DNA of 64,000 nt. Origin: Amphiscolops sp. MND2022. Taxonomy: Eukaryota. The notes beneath the pieces are model-generated. The model was not told the DNA's origin. It worked only from the letters and a program-made list of their open reading frames with translations, and made no database searches. Of this stretch, positions 29,338 through 39,104 are shown piece after piece. Position 1 is the stretch's first letter, and every line of letters begins with the position of its first letter. The stretch is from positions 40,982,001-41,046,000 of the forward strand of contig OZ076414.1 in the NCBI GenBank assembly GCA_964187785.1. The letters are read 5' to 3'. Both the position numbers and the translations under genes were made by a program.

Positions 29338-29538
29338 ATGTCTCTGGTGATCATCGATCGGTTTTGGAATTCGTCAACAATCCAGACAACACTGCTTCAA
29401 CTACCCACAAAAACCGTAGATGAGACTAGTAAAGAGTCAATATGTCTTTCCTACGACACTCTGAGCATCATCCAGTTGATTGTTGCATTGGTTATTGTAA
29501 AGATAATTATATGCACTGTATTACATTTGCGTTATTGA
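29338..29538 (+). CDS. Small single-pass membrane protein (E2)
   Basis: Homologous to E1 21794-22003; NSS sequon and C-terminal hydrophobic helix. Confidence 0.72.
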   Translation: MSLVIIDRFWNSSTIQTTLLQLPTKTVDETSKESICLSYDTLSIIQLIVALVIVKIIICTVLHLRY

Positions 29539-29544
29539 AAAGAT

Positions 29545-29907
29545 ATGGCGAAAAACTTGTTTCATATCGAAGATGTTGTTCAGATACAGGAAAATAACCA
29601 AAAATTCCTGTTAAATGACTTCAGAGCAAACGTTATCATTCTCTGCAGACAACTGTTCCCTCAGCTGCCTCATGATTTGTTGATTAAACTCTGTCCCAAA
29701 AAACCAATGGTTAAATTTGATTGGTTCTATAGAAAGTGTAAGGTGTATCGTCTAACCTGTATTTTGAAAGCAGCAAATGAAGTTCTAACCAATAACAGTG
29801 AAGAGTTGTCTATAGAGGTTTCAACTCACGCATCAGTCAGTCTACTTCGTCTCGCTGTAGAAGTAAGAACCTTTCACAGTGACTTTCTCAAGAATTTGCA
29901 ATGCTAA
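29545..29907 (+). CDS. Accessory ORF X of unknown function (E2)
   Basis: 120-aa ORF; K.KVYRL motif shared with the frameshifted E1 copy. Confidence 0.7.
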   Translation: MAKNLFHIEDVVQIQENNQKFLLNDFRANVIILCRQLFPQLPHDLLIKLCPKKPMVKFDWFYRKCKVYRLTCILKAANEVLTNNSEELSIEVSTHASVSLLRLAVEVRTFHSDFLKNLQC

Positions 29908-30491
29908 GTCATCAACCTGTCGTTATTGACTTTGAGGGATTCCGTTACTCAGATCAACCTTTTGTCATCAAGGAACTATCAGTTAGAGGACACGATTACC
30001 ACGACACACTATTATTCAAACCACCGCACGATTCGAGTTTACTCTCCACCAAAGCGAAAAAAGTTTACTCTTGGTTATCCAAAAACCTGCATGGTCTTCA
30101 TTGGGAAGCGGGTGTTTACGACTACTCCTTCTTGTTCTGCTTCTACATTAGCCTCAAAATACGTTTCCCGAATATAACTGTTTATGCTAAAGGTATTGAG
30201 AAGTGTAAATACCTCCAGTGTTTCTTTCCCCACGTGATAGACTTGGATCAACTACATTGTCCTAAAGCCTCACAGCTACATCAAGTTCCATTTTTTGTGT
30301 GCCCCAACCACAATAGCCAATACTTACGTGATCACTGCTCCAGAGAAAAGGTAAATTTGTTCTTCGACTGGCTTTGCCGAGCAGGAAATTTGTGTGAACA
30401 TTGTAGCGGATTGAATGCTCAGAAACAAGCTACATCTAACGTTATCCCCGACCCTAACAATCAACATTGCAACAACGTGCAGTACAGCTAG
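29901..30491 (+). CDS. DEDD-superfamily exonuclease-like protein with a Cys/His Zn site (E2)
   Basis: VIDFEGF, KELSV, DLD, CPNH...HCSREK. Confidence 0.72.
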   Translation: MLSHQPVVIDFEGFRYSDQPFVIKELSVRGHDYHDTLLFKPPHDSSLLSTKAKKVYSWLSKNLHGLHWEAGVYDYSFLFCFYISLKIRFPNITVYAKGIEKCKYLQCFFPHVIDLDQLHCPKASQLHQVPFFVCPNHNSQYLRDHCSREKVNLFFDWLCRAGNLCEHCSGLNAQKQATSNVIPDPNNQHCNNVQYS

Positions 30492-30735
30492 CAAAGACGT
30501 GGACGATAGCACGATAGAACTAGCTAAAGAAGAGTACAAACTTGTTGGAGATCATAAGTTGTTGAAGAAAACTGTCTTGTCACTATCGCATTCTGAATAT
30601 TGTCAGCTCAAAACTTGTATAACTACTCTAGACTCGTTTCTCGATTTTATCAAGATCCAACATGTCCAATCAACGGATACATCGCCTGATGAAAGAACAC
30701 AAAATTCCACAAATATCAATTCCCAAACTCCCTGA
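30415..30735 (+). CDS. PC4/whirly-like putative ssDNA-binding protein (E2)
   Basis: Homologous to E1 20859-21209; LSLSHSEYCQLKTCI..LD helix. Confidence 0.5.
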   Translation: MLRNKLHLTLSPTLTINIATTCSTASKDVDDSTIELAKEEYKLVGDHKLLKKTVLSLSHSEYCQLKTCITTLDSFLDFIKIQHVQSTDTSPDERTQNSTNINSQTP

Positions 30736-30916
30736 ACCTGTAATTCTATCAGGCGTAAACGACCCCATGTTGCCAGAACAAATCGCCAAAGATTTGAAAG
30801 CAAGAGACGACATCCTTGAGGTGGCATACTTCCCAGCTTACAAAAAACTGAGGTGTCAATATCGAATCACATTCAAGAAAACAAATGACTTCAATATGTG
30901 CATGTTTTATGTTTGA
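30662..30916 (+). CDS. Conserved small Polinton protein (E2)
   Basis: Homologous to E1 20684-20950. Confidence 0.7.
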   Translation: MSNQRIHRLMKEHKIPQISIPKLPEPVILSGVNDPMLPEQIAKDLKARDDILEVAYFPAYKKLRCQYRITFKKTNDFNMCMFYV

Positions 30917-30972
30917 TCATTCATATACTATCCATTGTAATTGAAATTTGTCTCAAATCATTTTTTCTTGAA

Positions 30973-31254
30973 ATGGAAGAGCAAGCAGTTGATAGCCACG
31001 ACACCTCAATTGGCGTTAACCATTTGGTGTTTCAAAATAATCAGAGTGAAAGATCTTCTTGGAAGTTTTGTAATTCTACAACACTACCAAGATCAGAGGT
31101 CGTTTTTTTCTTCCAAGCAATTACATTACTAATTCTCATAATCACCAGTTTAGCAAAATTAGTGTTTTATGACGTTCCATGTGAAGATATGCCACTCTGG
31201 GTCTCACTCTTGTCGGCGGCAGTTGGATATATTCTTCCTAGTCCACACCTATGA
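30973..31254 (+). CDS. Small two-transmembrane-helix protein (E2)
   Basis: Homologous to E1 20360-20632; its stop overlaps the ATPase ATG. Confidence 0.75.
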   Translation: MEEQAVDSHDTSIGVNHLVFQNNQSERSSWKFCNSTTLPRSEVVFFFQAITLLILIITSLAKLVFYDVPCEDMPLWVSLLSAAVGYILPSPHL

Positions 31255-31979
31255 ATAAAATCATATTTACCAACGATCGGCTCTTTATGGCGGTTGTTGG
31301 CCCTGGTGGCTCCGGAAAAACACGGCTTATTTTTTCAATGCTAGCATCCCAAACCTTTCATCCTGGTTTCAGCAAAGTTTTTTACTTCTACAAAGAATAT
31401 CAACCACTGTTCAGCGAAATGGAAAAAAACTTGAATATCGAGTTTGTGCCTTGCCTTGATTTCGACATGATAAAAAATTTAGAAGACTGTCTATTGATTT
31501 TTGACGATTCTTGTGAAGAAATATATCAGGAGAAAGAATTCGTGAAGCTAGCAGTTGCTGGTAGACACAAAAAAGTTCATTGCATTTTCGTTAAACACAA
31601 CCTATTCCATCAAAGCAAGTGGTCGCGTACAATTGATCTCAACACAACTCATATCGTTTTATTCAAATCACCTCGCGATTTACAACAGATTGATCATTTT
31701 GGACGGCAGCTGAAAAAAGTAGAATTTCTGAGAGATTGTTACACTCAGGCAACTGCATTGCCTTACGGACATTTACTCATAGACTTGGATCCCAAAACAA
31801 GTGAAGTTTTACGTTTTGGTTCGAATATTACGGCTCCCGGACCAACGATATTCCATTTACCGTCAGCAATCGCGAAAGAAACCGATCTCGACAATGAACG
31901 AGAAAGACGCGCATACACTGAAGCTCTGGCAAAACAGAAAAACAAAGAAAGACTACAAAAAATTTCTTTGCCAGTGTGA
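31251..31979 (+). CDS. A32/FtsK-HerA-type packaging ATPase (E2)
   Basis: GPGGSGKT, LLIFDD, AGRH. Confidence 0.95.
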   Translation: MNKIIFTNDRLFMAVVGPGGSGKTRLIFSMLASQTFHPGFSKVFYFYKEYQPLFSEMEKNLNIEFVPCLDFDMIKNLEDCLLIFDDSCEEIYQEKEFVKLAVAGRHKKVHCIFVKHNLFHQSKWSRTIDLNTTHIVLFKSPRDLQQIDHFGRQLKKVEFLRDCYTQATALPYGHLLIDLDPKTSEVLRFGSNITAPGPTIFHLPSAIAKETDLDNERERRAYTEALAKQKNKERLQKISLPV

Positions 31980-32199
31980 CCCTAACGCTATCACATTTTT
32001 GTGTGAATGTGCACTCAATATAGTGAACGGCAACGTCCCTGTGAATATCAGAAAACTCTATCCATTTGAGAGCCAATTAAAAATTTTGTGCAGAAACAAA
32101 ACGTCCAACAACAAACGCCGAAAGACGCTCTGTTCAGCCAAAGGAATCAAATTACTTCAACAGATCAGTCGGCCCATATCTTTATACTTCAAACGCTGA
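31894..32199 (+). CDS. Conserved small basic Polinton protein (E2)
   Basis: FLCECALNIVNGNVP; homologous to E1 19409-19717; first ATG at 31894. Confidence 0.75.
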   Translation: MNEKDAHTLKLWQNRKTKKDYKKFLCQCDPNAITFLCECALNIVNGNVPVNIRKLYPFESQLKILCRNKTSNNKRRKTLCSAKGIKLLQQISRPISLYFKR

Positions 32200-32873
32200 T
32201 GTCTCAACAATTCATTTTGATTCCAAAGGAGAACTATATCAAGAAACAGTCAAAAAGTTTAGAGATTTTAGAGGACGACACGGTGAATGAGAAGGCGAAA
32301 CTACTAACTTTACTACAGAGACAGAGAAAACCCAAGAGAACAGTCGGAGAAACAAAAACGCCACAAGCTTCCCAACCAAGAGCGTCTGATAGAGAAATAG
32401 TCGAGAAACGAGTGCTGAAATCGTTGTCAATGATGAAACCATGGCAACTAGAGAAATCGAAGCCAATACTTCGAAAAATTTACGATGACCCCGACATATC
32501 AATAAATGAAGAAGGCTTATTAACAGTAGGTGATCAAACCACTTCACTAGAGGCCAAAAACTTTCTCTTCGATCTCCAACAACCCAAAAAAGGACTACAT
32601 GATCCTGATTACAGGAGAATTCTCGAGAAGCTCGAGGTCTCTCCACACCTGATACCCAATTCCCAAGCTAAGAAATTATTACAATCATCCACGGGAAGGA
32701 AAAAAGTTGCAGTCAAACCAAGAATCAAAAGCCCTGGAAAACAATCAGCAAGAAGAACTCGAAAAATAGAAATCGAAGATGAAGAAGCAGAATCAATTGA
32801 TGAAGATTCTGAAGACGAAGCGAACACTTCGAAACGCTGGGATCGTCTCGACAGCAGAACAGAAGTCGCTTGA
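32199..32873 (+). CDS. Conserved Polinton protein of unknown function (E2)
   Basis: Homologous to E1 18774-19412; ATG at 32199 overlaps the upstream TGA. Confidence 0.75.
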   Translation: MSQQFILIPKENYIKKQSKSLEILEDDTVNEKAKLLTLLQRQRKPKRTVGETKTPQASQPRASDREIVEKRVLKSLSMMKPWQLEKSKPILRKIYDDPDISINEEGLLTVGDQTTSLEAKNFLFDLQQPKKGLHDPDYRRILEKLEVSPHLIPNSQAKKLLQSSTGRKKVAVKPRIKSPGKQSARRTRKIEIEDEEAESIDEDSEDEANTSKRWDRLDSRTEVA

Positions 32874-33768
32874 AGCTCTGTACAGAAAAGGTCCATCTGC
32901 CTACGGAAGTATTTACAATCTGTCAAAAGCAAGTAATCTTTCCAGACGAAAAGTTGAAACCTTTTTGCAGGGGAAAAATGCACATACAAAGTATCGCCAG
33001 TCACGTCGTCATTTTCCACGTCTCAAAGTAATTGCTTACGACATTAATGAAATTTGGTCAATTGATTTAGCTTATGTTGATAAGCTAGCCAAGTACAACA
33101 ATGGTGTCAAATACTTGCTTGTTGCAGTTGATGTGTTGTCGCGAAAATTGCGAGTTGAACCAATGCGGTCCAAAACAGCAGAAGAAACAGCAAAAACGTT
33201 CGCTAGAATGACATCGATGACAAAGCCCAAGAAAGTATGGTCTGACAAGGGTACTGAATTCAGAGGAGCATTCAAAGATTTTTGCAACCGGAAAGGAATC
33301 GAAACATACACTACACACAGTGAGGCAAAGTCCGCGTTTGCTGAAAGAAACATTCGTTCACTTAAAAACATAATATACAAACACTTGGAAAATATCTGGT
33401 CCTATCGATACATCAATGAACTTCAATCATTTGTGAGAACAATAAATTCCCGCGTCAACAGAATGACTGGAATGGCTCCTAACAAAGTGGCTCAAAAACA
33501 TGTTAAGCGACTACTGTCATTAACAGCGGAACGGTCGAGCAAGCTAGTTAGAACACCAAAATTCAAAATCGGCGACAGAGTCAGAATAGCGAAGCAAGAC
33601 TTACCGTTCAAAAAAGGATACAAACAAAGCTTCACTGACGAGCTGTTCCGTATAACGAGCGTGAAAACATTCAGTCCACCAACATATTCACTAGCAGACG
33701 CTGAAGGCGAAGACATCCAAGGTAAATTCTACGAACCAGAGCTAACAAAAGTCAAGTGGAATGGATGA
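32779..33768 (+). CDS. Retrovirus-like (rve) DDE integrase (E2), intact
   Basis: WSIDLAYVD, VWSDKGTEF, AFAERNIRSLKN, KKGYKQSFT.E.F, GKFYEPEL. Confidence 0.96.
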   Translation: MKKQNQLMKILKTKRTLRNAGIVSTAEQKSLEALYRKGPSAYGSIYNLSKASNLSRRKVETFLQGKNAHTKYRQSRRHFPRLKVIAYDINEIWSIDLAYVDKLAKYNNGVKYLLVAVDVLSRKLRVEPMRSKTAEETAKTFARMTSMTKPKKVWSDKGTEFRGAFKDFCNRKGIETYTTHSEAKSAFAERNIRSLKNIIYKHLENIWSYRYINELQSFVRTINSRVNRMTGMAPNKVAQKHVKRLLSLTAERSSKLVRTPKFKIGDRVRIAKQDLPFKKGYKQSFTDELFRITSVKTFSPPTYSLADAEGEDIQGKFYEPELTKVKWNG

Positions 33769-34618
33769 GTTCGATATTTACTTGGAGTCCACTGGTTCTA
33801 TGGAAACCTATCAAGATAACAAGATGGCTTGCTTTAGAAATGTTCTTTCTGAACCTCTTCAGCTAGAGGGAGACTGGAGAGTTGCCCTGGCTGAAATTAT
33901 ACACCCCACGAGCATTAAAAATGTTACTACTTCTGAATACATGATCTACACACCCAAGACACCCTATGACATGGTACCAAAAATTACGAAACATTCGGAT
34001 GCTACCATAATCAAACGAGAAGATTGGTCAAACAATGCCTTGTTCCCAGAGGGAGAATATATTAGCGTCGAAAAAATTTTGAAGCAGCTAAAAAAAGGAC
34101 ATGAATCAAGGAAACCGCTCGAGGACGCCACTGTTTCGGATGACAATTACGTAGAGCTCAAATTTGCTGAAGGCCATGGAATCAGTGTTCGTGACCGAAG
34201 TATTCTGGACGTGTTAGGGTTCCAAGGAACACCAGACAAAAACAGAGGAGGATACTTCATTGGGACAAACTCGAACGCTCAAATTACAAGCCAACCAATG
34301 AAAGGCGACTTTCCAGCTGACATAACAGCAGGAACAAACATCTTTTTCACCTATTGTAACATTATCGAACATCAAAAAGTTGCTGGAGTAAAGGCACCAG
34401 TGTTACGAGTCATTGATAGTAAAAGAAAGCTGAAAGACGGTGAGCTCTTCAATACATCTGCAACTACTCATAAATCATTCTCCGAGCTGCAGTTCAAGAA
34501 ACTGGTTTTGAGCTCAATTCGAGAAATTTTCATTGAGCTGGTTACACCTACAGGAAAATACGTTCCGTTTGTCGGTACAGGAAGGGTGGTGATCACTTTG
34601 AAATTCAGAAAGTTTTAG
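33761..34618 (+). CDS. Minor capsid protein (penton-like) (E2)
   Basis: Homologous to E1 17026-17880; typical Polinton position. Confidence 0.87.
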   Translation: MDEFDIYLESTGSMETYQDNKMACFRNVLSEPLQLEGDWRVALAEIIHPTSIKNVTTSEYMIYTPKTPYDMVPKITKHSDATIIKREDWSNNALFPEGEYISVEKILKQLKKGHESRKPLEDATVSDDNYVELKFAEGHGISVRDRSILDVLGFQGTPDKNRGGYFIGTNSNAQITSQPMKGDFPADITAGTNIFFTYCNIIEHQKVAGVKAPVLRVIDSKRKLKDGELFNTSATTHKSFSELQFKKLVLSSIREIFIELVTPTGKYVPFVGTGRVVITLKFRKF

Positions 34619-34622
34619 CTAC

Positions 34623-35003
34623 ATGGAGACGTACTACACACGTCAGGCTACGATGCCCCACTTCTCAGGGCAGACAAGACAAAGAGGTAGTGGCATTGGA
34701 TCTTTAGCGCTCGGTGTTGGACGAGTTGCCCTGCCATTTGCTAAAAAAGTTCTTTTACCAGCTGTAAAGTCCATTGGGAAAGAGCTCTTTGTTCAAAGTC
34801 TACCAGAGTTAATGGAAGTTGCAACAAATAAAAAATCCCTTAAAAAAGCAGCTAAATCAACTTTAAGAAAGACAGCGAAAAAACAATTCGGAGCTGGAAC
34901 AAGACAGCGGAGCAGAAAAACTAGAAAGCGAAACAGTCGACAAAAAAGAAAGCTGAAGAGAAGTCGGTCCGATTTTTTCTCCAGAGTCAAAAATGTTACC
35001 TAA
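34623..35003 (+). CDS. Small basic core/pX-like protein (E2)
   Basis: RQRGSGIG motif, strongly K/R-rich C-terminal half, FGAG putative adenain site. Confidence 0.72.
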   Translation: METYYTRQATMPHFSGQTRQRGSGIGSLALGVGRVALPFAKKVLLPAVKSIGKELFVQSLPELMEVATNKKSLKKAAKSTLRKTAKKQFGAGTRQRSRKTRKRNSRQKRKLKRSRSDFFSRVKNVT

Positions 35004-36309
35004 TAATTTACCATTTGAAGCTTCTCATAGTTCTCTGGATTTATTCGAACGGTCTCCACTCTTGATCAATTTCGAGGCTTCATTCGAACAAAAAGTTGGA
35101 CCACTCTATGCTCCTAATGGACCAACACTAGAATTTGAAGTTACTGGCGACCGGACAAACTTCATCGACCTGCAAAATATATACTTGGAGGTTAAATGTA
35201 GAATACTTCAAGCGAACGGCAATGACTTACGATATGACGCAGCAGCCGCAGCGAACAGTGATTTGCCCTGTTTCGTTAACAACTCCCTTCATTCTCTTTT
35301 TGCAGATTGCAATGTTACAGCAGAAGGTGTTCAAATATCATCGTCAAACGGTAATTACGCTCATAAAGCGTTCTTAGAAACTGAATTCTCTCATAACCAA
35401 GAAGCAAAAAACACTTGGTTAAAATGTCAAGGTTACTGCTATGAGAAAACACCAAACAATTTTACCGATGAAGTCTTCACCAAGAGAGTGGCCGAGACAC
35501 GACAGTCACAATCAATAACGCTCATTGGGAGAGTAGCGTCAGACTTCTTTTCTTGCGATAAATACCTACTCAGTGGTGTAACTCTACGCATAACTTTCCT
35601 GAGAAATCGGCCAGAATTCTGTTTAATTTATGATGCGGATGCAAAAGAATACAAGGTTGAAATATCGCAAGCCAATCTTTATGTGCGGAAAATGACGGTC
35701 ACTGAACAAAATTTTGCAGCAATTGAAACCACGCTGGCTAAAAGTAACGCGTTCTATCATTACACTGAAATTATACCGAAGACATTTCTCGTGTCAAAAG
35801 ATAGCAGGAGCTGGAATCATGAAGACATTTTCAATCATGAACCCATCAGAAGATTTGCGCTGGCAATGGTAACAAATGAAGCTTTCCTCGGGGCGAAGAC
35901 AGTGAACCCTTTTCATTTTCAAAAGTTCAACTTGCAAAGCATCACTGTATACAGAAACGGATACCCTATTGCTGGGACACCACTACAGACAGAAAATGAC
36001 AAAAAACTTTATCTCAATTCACTGGAAGCTCTTCAATTCAAAACCCATGGACATGGTGTTCCATTCGAAGACTATGAAAATCATTATGTTCTAGTATTTG
36101 ACCTGACAAGCACTCAACAGGCATCATATGATTATTTGTATCCCGAGTTGACGAACGCTTCGATATCTATTGATTTGCGGTTCAAAGAAGACCTTCCCTC
36201 AAGCGTCGAACTTTTCTTCCTGGGTGAAAAAGCATCAACCATTTACGTCAACTCCGACCGTCAAGTTTCAAAAAACAGACAACTTAAAACTAAAACTGAG
36301 ACAAGATGA
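34993..36309 (+). CDS. Double jelly-roll major capsid protein (E2), 438 aa, intact
   Basis: SSLDLF, GPTLEFEV.GD...FIDL.N.YL.V, NN.LHSLF, P.RF..AMV, NPF.FQ.F, FDLTST; lies upstream of the protease. Confidence 0.93.
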   Translation: MLPNNLPFEASHSSLDLFERSPLLINFEASFEQKVGPLYAPNGPTLEFEVTGDRTNFIDLQNIYLEVKCRILQANGNDLRYDAAAAANSDLPCFVNNSLHSLFADCNVTAEGVQISSSNGNYAHKAFLETEFSHNQEAKNTWLKCQGYCYEKTPNNFTDEVFTKRVAETRQSQSITLIGRVASDFFSCDKYLLSGVTLRITFLRNRPEFCLIYDADAKEYKVEISQANLYVRKMTVTEQNFAAIETTLAKSNAFYHYTEIIPKTFLVSKDSRSWNHEDIFNHEPIRRFALAMVTNEAFLGAKTVNPFHFQKFNLQSITVYRNGYPIAGTPLQTENDKKLYLNSLEALQFKTHGHGVPFEDYENHYVLVFDLTSTQQASYDYLYPELTNASISIDLRFKEDLPSSVELFFLGEKASTIYVNSDRQVSKNRQLKTKTETR

Positions 36310-36737
36310 TTGGCGAAGTGGGACTGTGGGAGCTCATCAACAGATGCAAGTTTTTGAAATACAAGTTTGCAGGAGTGTACGCCGCCGATAACTTTCCAAC
36401 GCGACTGGACCAAAATACCTTCGTTATTGTGAACTCTGACAACTCAGATGAAGCAGGCAGGCATTGGCTTCTCTACTGTAAAAATACAGAGGACTATGCT
36501 TTCGGTGACCCCTTGGGACTACAACTCCGAAATTACCCAAACATCAACAAACGCTTAGCCTATGCCGATTTGAACATAAAAGAACTCATAGATTATCCGC
36601 TCCAAAAACCTACATCTAACCTATGTGGACTCTATTGTATATATATAGCGCACTATGCTTTAGGAGGCAGCTACCTAACAATTCCTGTGATATCTGAGAC
36701 AGAACTGATTCGATTTGTTACACACATGCAACAGTAG
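36306..36737 (+). CDS. Adenain-like cysteine protease (E2)
   Basis: GVYAADN, GRHW, FGDPLG, QKPTSNLCGLYC. Confidence 0.93.
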   Translation: MIGEVGLWELINRCKFLKYKFAGVYAADNFPTRLDQNTFVIVNSDNSDEAGRHWLLYCKNTEDYAFGDPLGLQLRNYPNINKRLAYADLNIKELIDYPLQKPTSNLCGLYCIYIAHYALGGSYLTIPVISETELIRFVTHMQQ

Positions 36738-36909
36738 ATACTAACATATATGCACTAACTCAAACTTTTCAAGGAAACGGTCTTTGTAAATAACCTTTTT
36801 TCGTGTAAACTTCTGCTTACTTCATACTATTCTCAAATTATTCTCTTTCATTGAAACTTTCATCTACTCTCGAATAAATATTTTAAAGCGCAAGAATTTG
36901 TTTTAAATT

Positions 36910-37593
36910 CTAAGATTGAAGTACAAAATGAATAGTATCAGTTCTGATTGATCCATTTCCTCTCACCAAAATGTCCATGATTGTTAGAAAAACAGATGAA
37001 TGAGGTCCGTTCAGCAAAATACATAAACGATTCAGGAAATTTAAAGCACTTTCGGGCACTCGTTCAACTTTGTCGAATAACTTCAGGCATGGAATTTTTT
37101 CTTTGTTTTTCTTCGGGCGCTTGAAAAAAACATTTTCCCCCAATTTTTCATTGTAGTCAACAGCCAGCTGCAACCTCAAGATGATCTCGCCGTTGCGTTT
37201 CAATTTTCGGCATTTATGCAACAGGAAGAAATATGTAGAATAGAGACAAGGCACAATGTGTCCACGTTCGTCTGATTGACCACTGCGCGCAATTTCAAGA
37301 AGAAGATGATAATGCGGTAGTGAAAATTGACAGTAAAAATCATGTTCCTCGGAATGGAAGCCAAACACAAAGTTCACCGTAGACTTGAAGTCCTCTCCAA
37401 TTTTTGGTTCAGTATATGAAACAAGAAAGCGAAAATCTTTTCGGAATTTTAGGAAAAACTCAGGCGTTCGCTCAACCATTGCTTCCACCATTTTCCGACT
37501 GAAAAAAAGCTTTAGTTGATCGAGAGAAAATAATACCATCACACAAGAAAAACACTTGGTATAAACTAAAACAAAGACAAAAAGTGAATCCAA
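36910..37593 (-). CDS. E2-specific hypothetical protein (likely start about 37490)
   Basis: Long ORF antisense to the core genes; no recognised family. Confidence 0.6.
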   Translation of the reverse strand: MDSLFVFVLVYTKCFSCVMVLFSLDQLKLFFSRKMVEAMVERTPEFFLKFRKDFRFLVSYTEPKIGEDFKSTVNFVFGFHSEEHDFYCQFSLPHYHLLLEIARSGQSDERGHIVPCLYSTYFFLLHKCRKLKRNGEIILRLQLAVDYNEKLGENVFFKRPKKNKEKIPCLKLFDKVERVPESALNFLNRLCILLNGPHSSVFLTIMDILVRGNGSIRTDTIHFVLQS

Positions 37594-37628
37594 AGTAATG
37601 TAAATTATTAGCTTTTATACAAACGCTT

Positions 37629-37982
37629 TCAAATAGTACTAGAAGGTGACAATTTTTTAAATTTGGAAACGCCAGTAGCAATAATTTGTTTCTCGGGTCG
37701 CTTCAGGATTCCAACCACACATTCTTTCACAGGTTGTGGTCCCATGTTGATATTCTCCGAATTATTGATCAAAGCTTGAAACTCCGGTGCGGTTAGGGTA
37801 ATGCGTTGGTCGATGTGAAATTCGCCATCAGAGCCCATTTTGAACAGCTTCAGGAAGATGTAAGTTCCGGTCGCTTCGTAGGTCTTCGTCGTGACTCTGA
37901 TCAATCTCCTATCGGTTTTCGAAATATCGAGGAAACTGTCGCCAAATTCTTGGTCAGTAGTGGAAGTAAAACGACCGCTCAT
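37629..37982 (-). CDS. E2-specific PC4-like putative ssDNA-binding protein
   Basis: RRLIRVTTKTY..TGTYIFLKLFK..SDGEF..DQRITLTAPEFQAL has the beta-beta-beta-helix pattern of PC4. Tentative. Confidence 0.55.
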   Translation of the reverse strand: MSGRFTSTTDQEFGDSFLDISKTDRRLIRVTTKTYEATGTYIFLKLFKMGSDGEFHIDQRITLTAPEFQALINNSENINMGPQPVKECVVGILKRPEKQIIATGVSKFKKLSPSSTI

Positions 37983-38435
37983 TGCTTTTGAGAGATCAAA
38001 TTGAAAACGGAATAATGATCACAACTGATTGCAAAATCTCGAAAGTGTAGAATAGCCGCAGTTTTCAGGTAAAAAGAAGTTTACATTTAATGTTTGAGTT
38101 CAGATTTCACTTGTTAGCGTTGAGTCTAGACAAAGAAAACATTAAATGTTTACAAACAATAAAAATATCAAATAGTTTTCATCAAGTTTTATGCTTTTCA
38201 TACAGAGCAGAACAAAGTTAATCATTTTAATTGGCCAGCAATAAAAAATGACCAAAAATCAACTGTTTGTTTGTTAAACGTCTAGGAACTTTTATGAAAA
38301 ACAAATAAACGATGATGATTAATCGAAACTTTTCCGGTTTTAGATTCATTAAAACACAATTCGCTGTTATGAAAAGACGGTATTTAACTTGAAACTCAAT
38401 CATCGAAGAACCATTCTGTCTTTCGGATCTTCATA

Positions 38436-39104
38436 ATGAAATTCGACATACAAGTACTAACTGATTCCGACGAAGCTACACGATACACTCTGTATGAAAC
38501 TTGGTTCAATAGAAAGATCACAATAGTTCTCGAACAAAAAATCGCTCATTCCTGGGAAGTGATTAATTCCCTTTCTGTGCCTAAAGCAGTCTTGAACGTT
38601 TTACAGACAGACACGAAACTTATGAGCCTCACCAAGGGGCTTCAAGGTGAAGAATCAGCTGATAAGAACTTCGATCATAGCACTATTTATGATCGCTTCC
38701 AACTACCGCCTGAAGTCAGGAGAGTTTTATTCGAGCGGGACTGCGAGGAAATTCCCATGTCAGAGAATCAAATGGGATACTTCAGTGACCTAGAGACCCT
38801 TGAATGGTTTTGGGAAATTGTTCAAGAATCTAGTCAAAGAAAAGAAGTGTCACCGCCATCCCCATTGAAGACGCCACCCCAAGAAGACAGCACTCAAGAG
38901 GGTGAAATGCTTTTGGAAGACGAACAAGAACCGCAGCGAATGGTTGAGCAGGCGGATGACAGCACTTTCATATGCGAAACATCAGTCACACCAACAAGAA
39001 AACAGTCATCAGATGACGCATTGTGCCCACCAGCGCCAAAGAAGAGCAGGATTCCTAGAGTTAACCCATCCGAACTGGAAACTTTAGATTTTTCACAGTT
39101 TTGA
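38436..39104 (+). CDS. E2-specific hypothetical protein with acidic/Ser-Pro-rich C-terminus and NLS-like PKKSR
   Basis: 222-aa ATG-initiated ORF between the protease and pPolB. Confidence 0.65.
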   Translation: MKFDIQVLTDSDEATRYTLYETWFNRKITIVLEQKIAHSWEVINSLSVPKAVLNVLQTDTKLMSLTKGLQGEESADKNFDHSTIYDRFQLPPEVRRVLFERDCEEIPMSENQMGYFSDLETLEWFWEIVQESSQRKEVSPPSPLKTPPQEDSTQEGEMLLEDEQEPQRMVEQADDSTFICETSVTPTRKQSSDDALCPPAPKKSRIPRVNPSELETLDFSQF

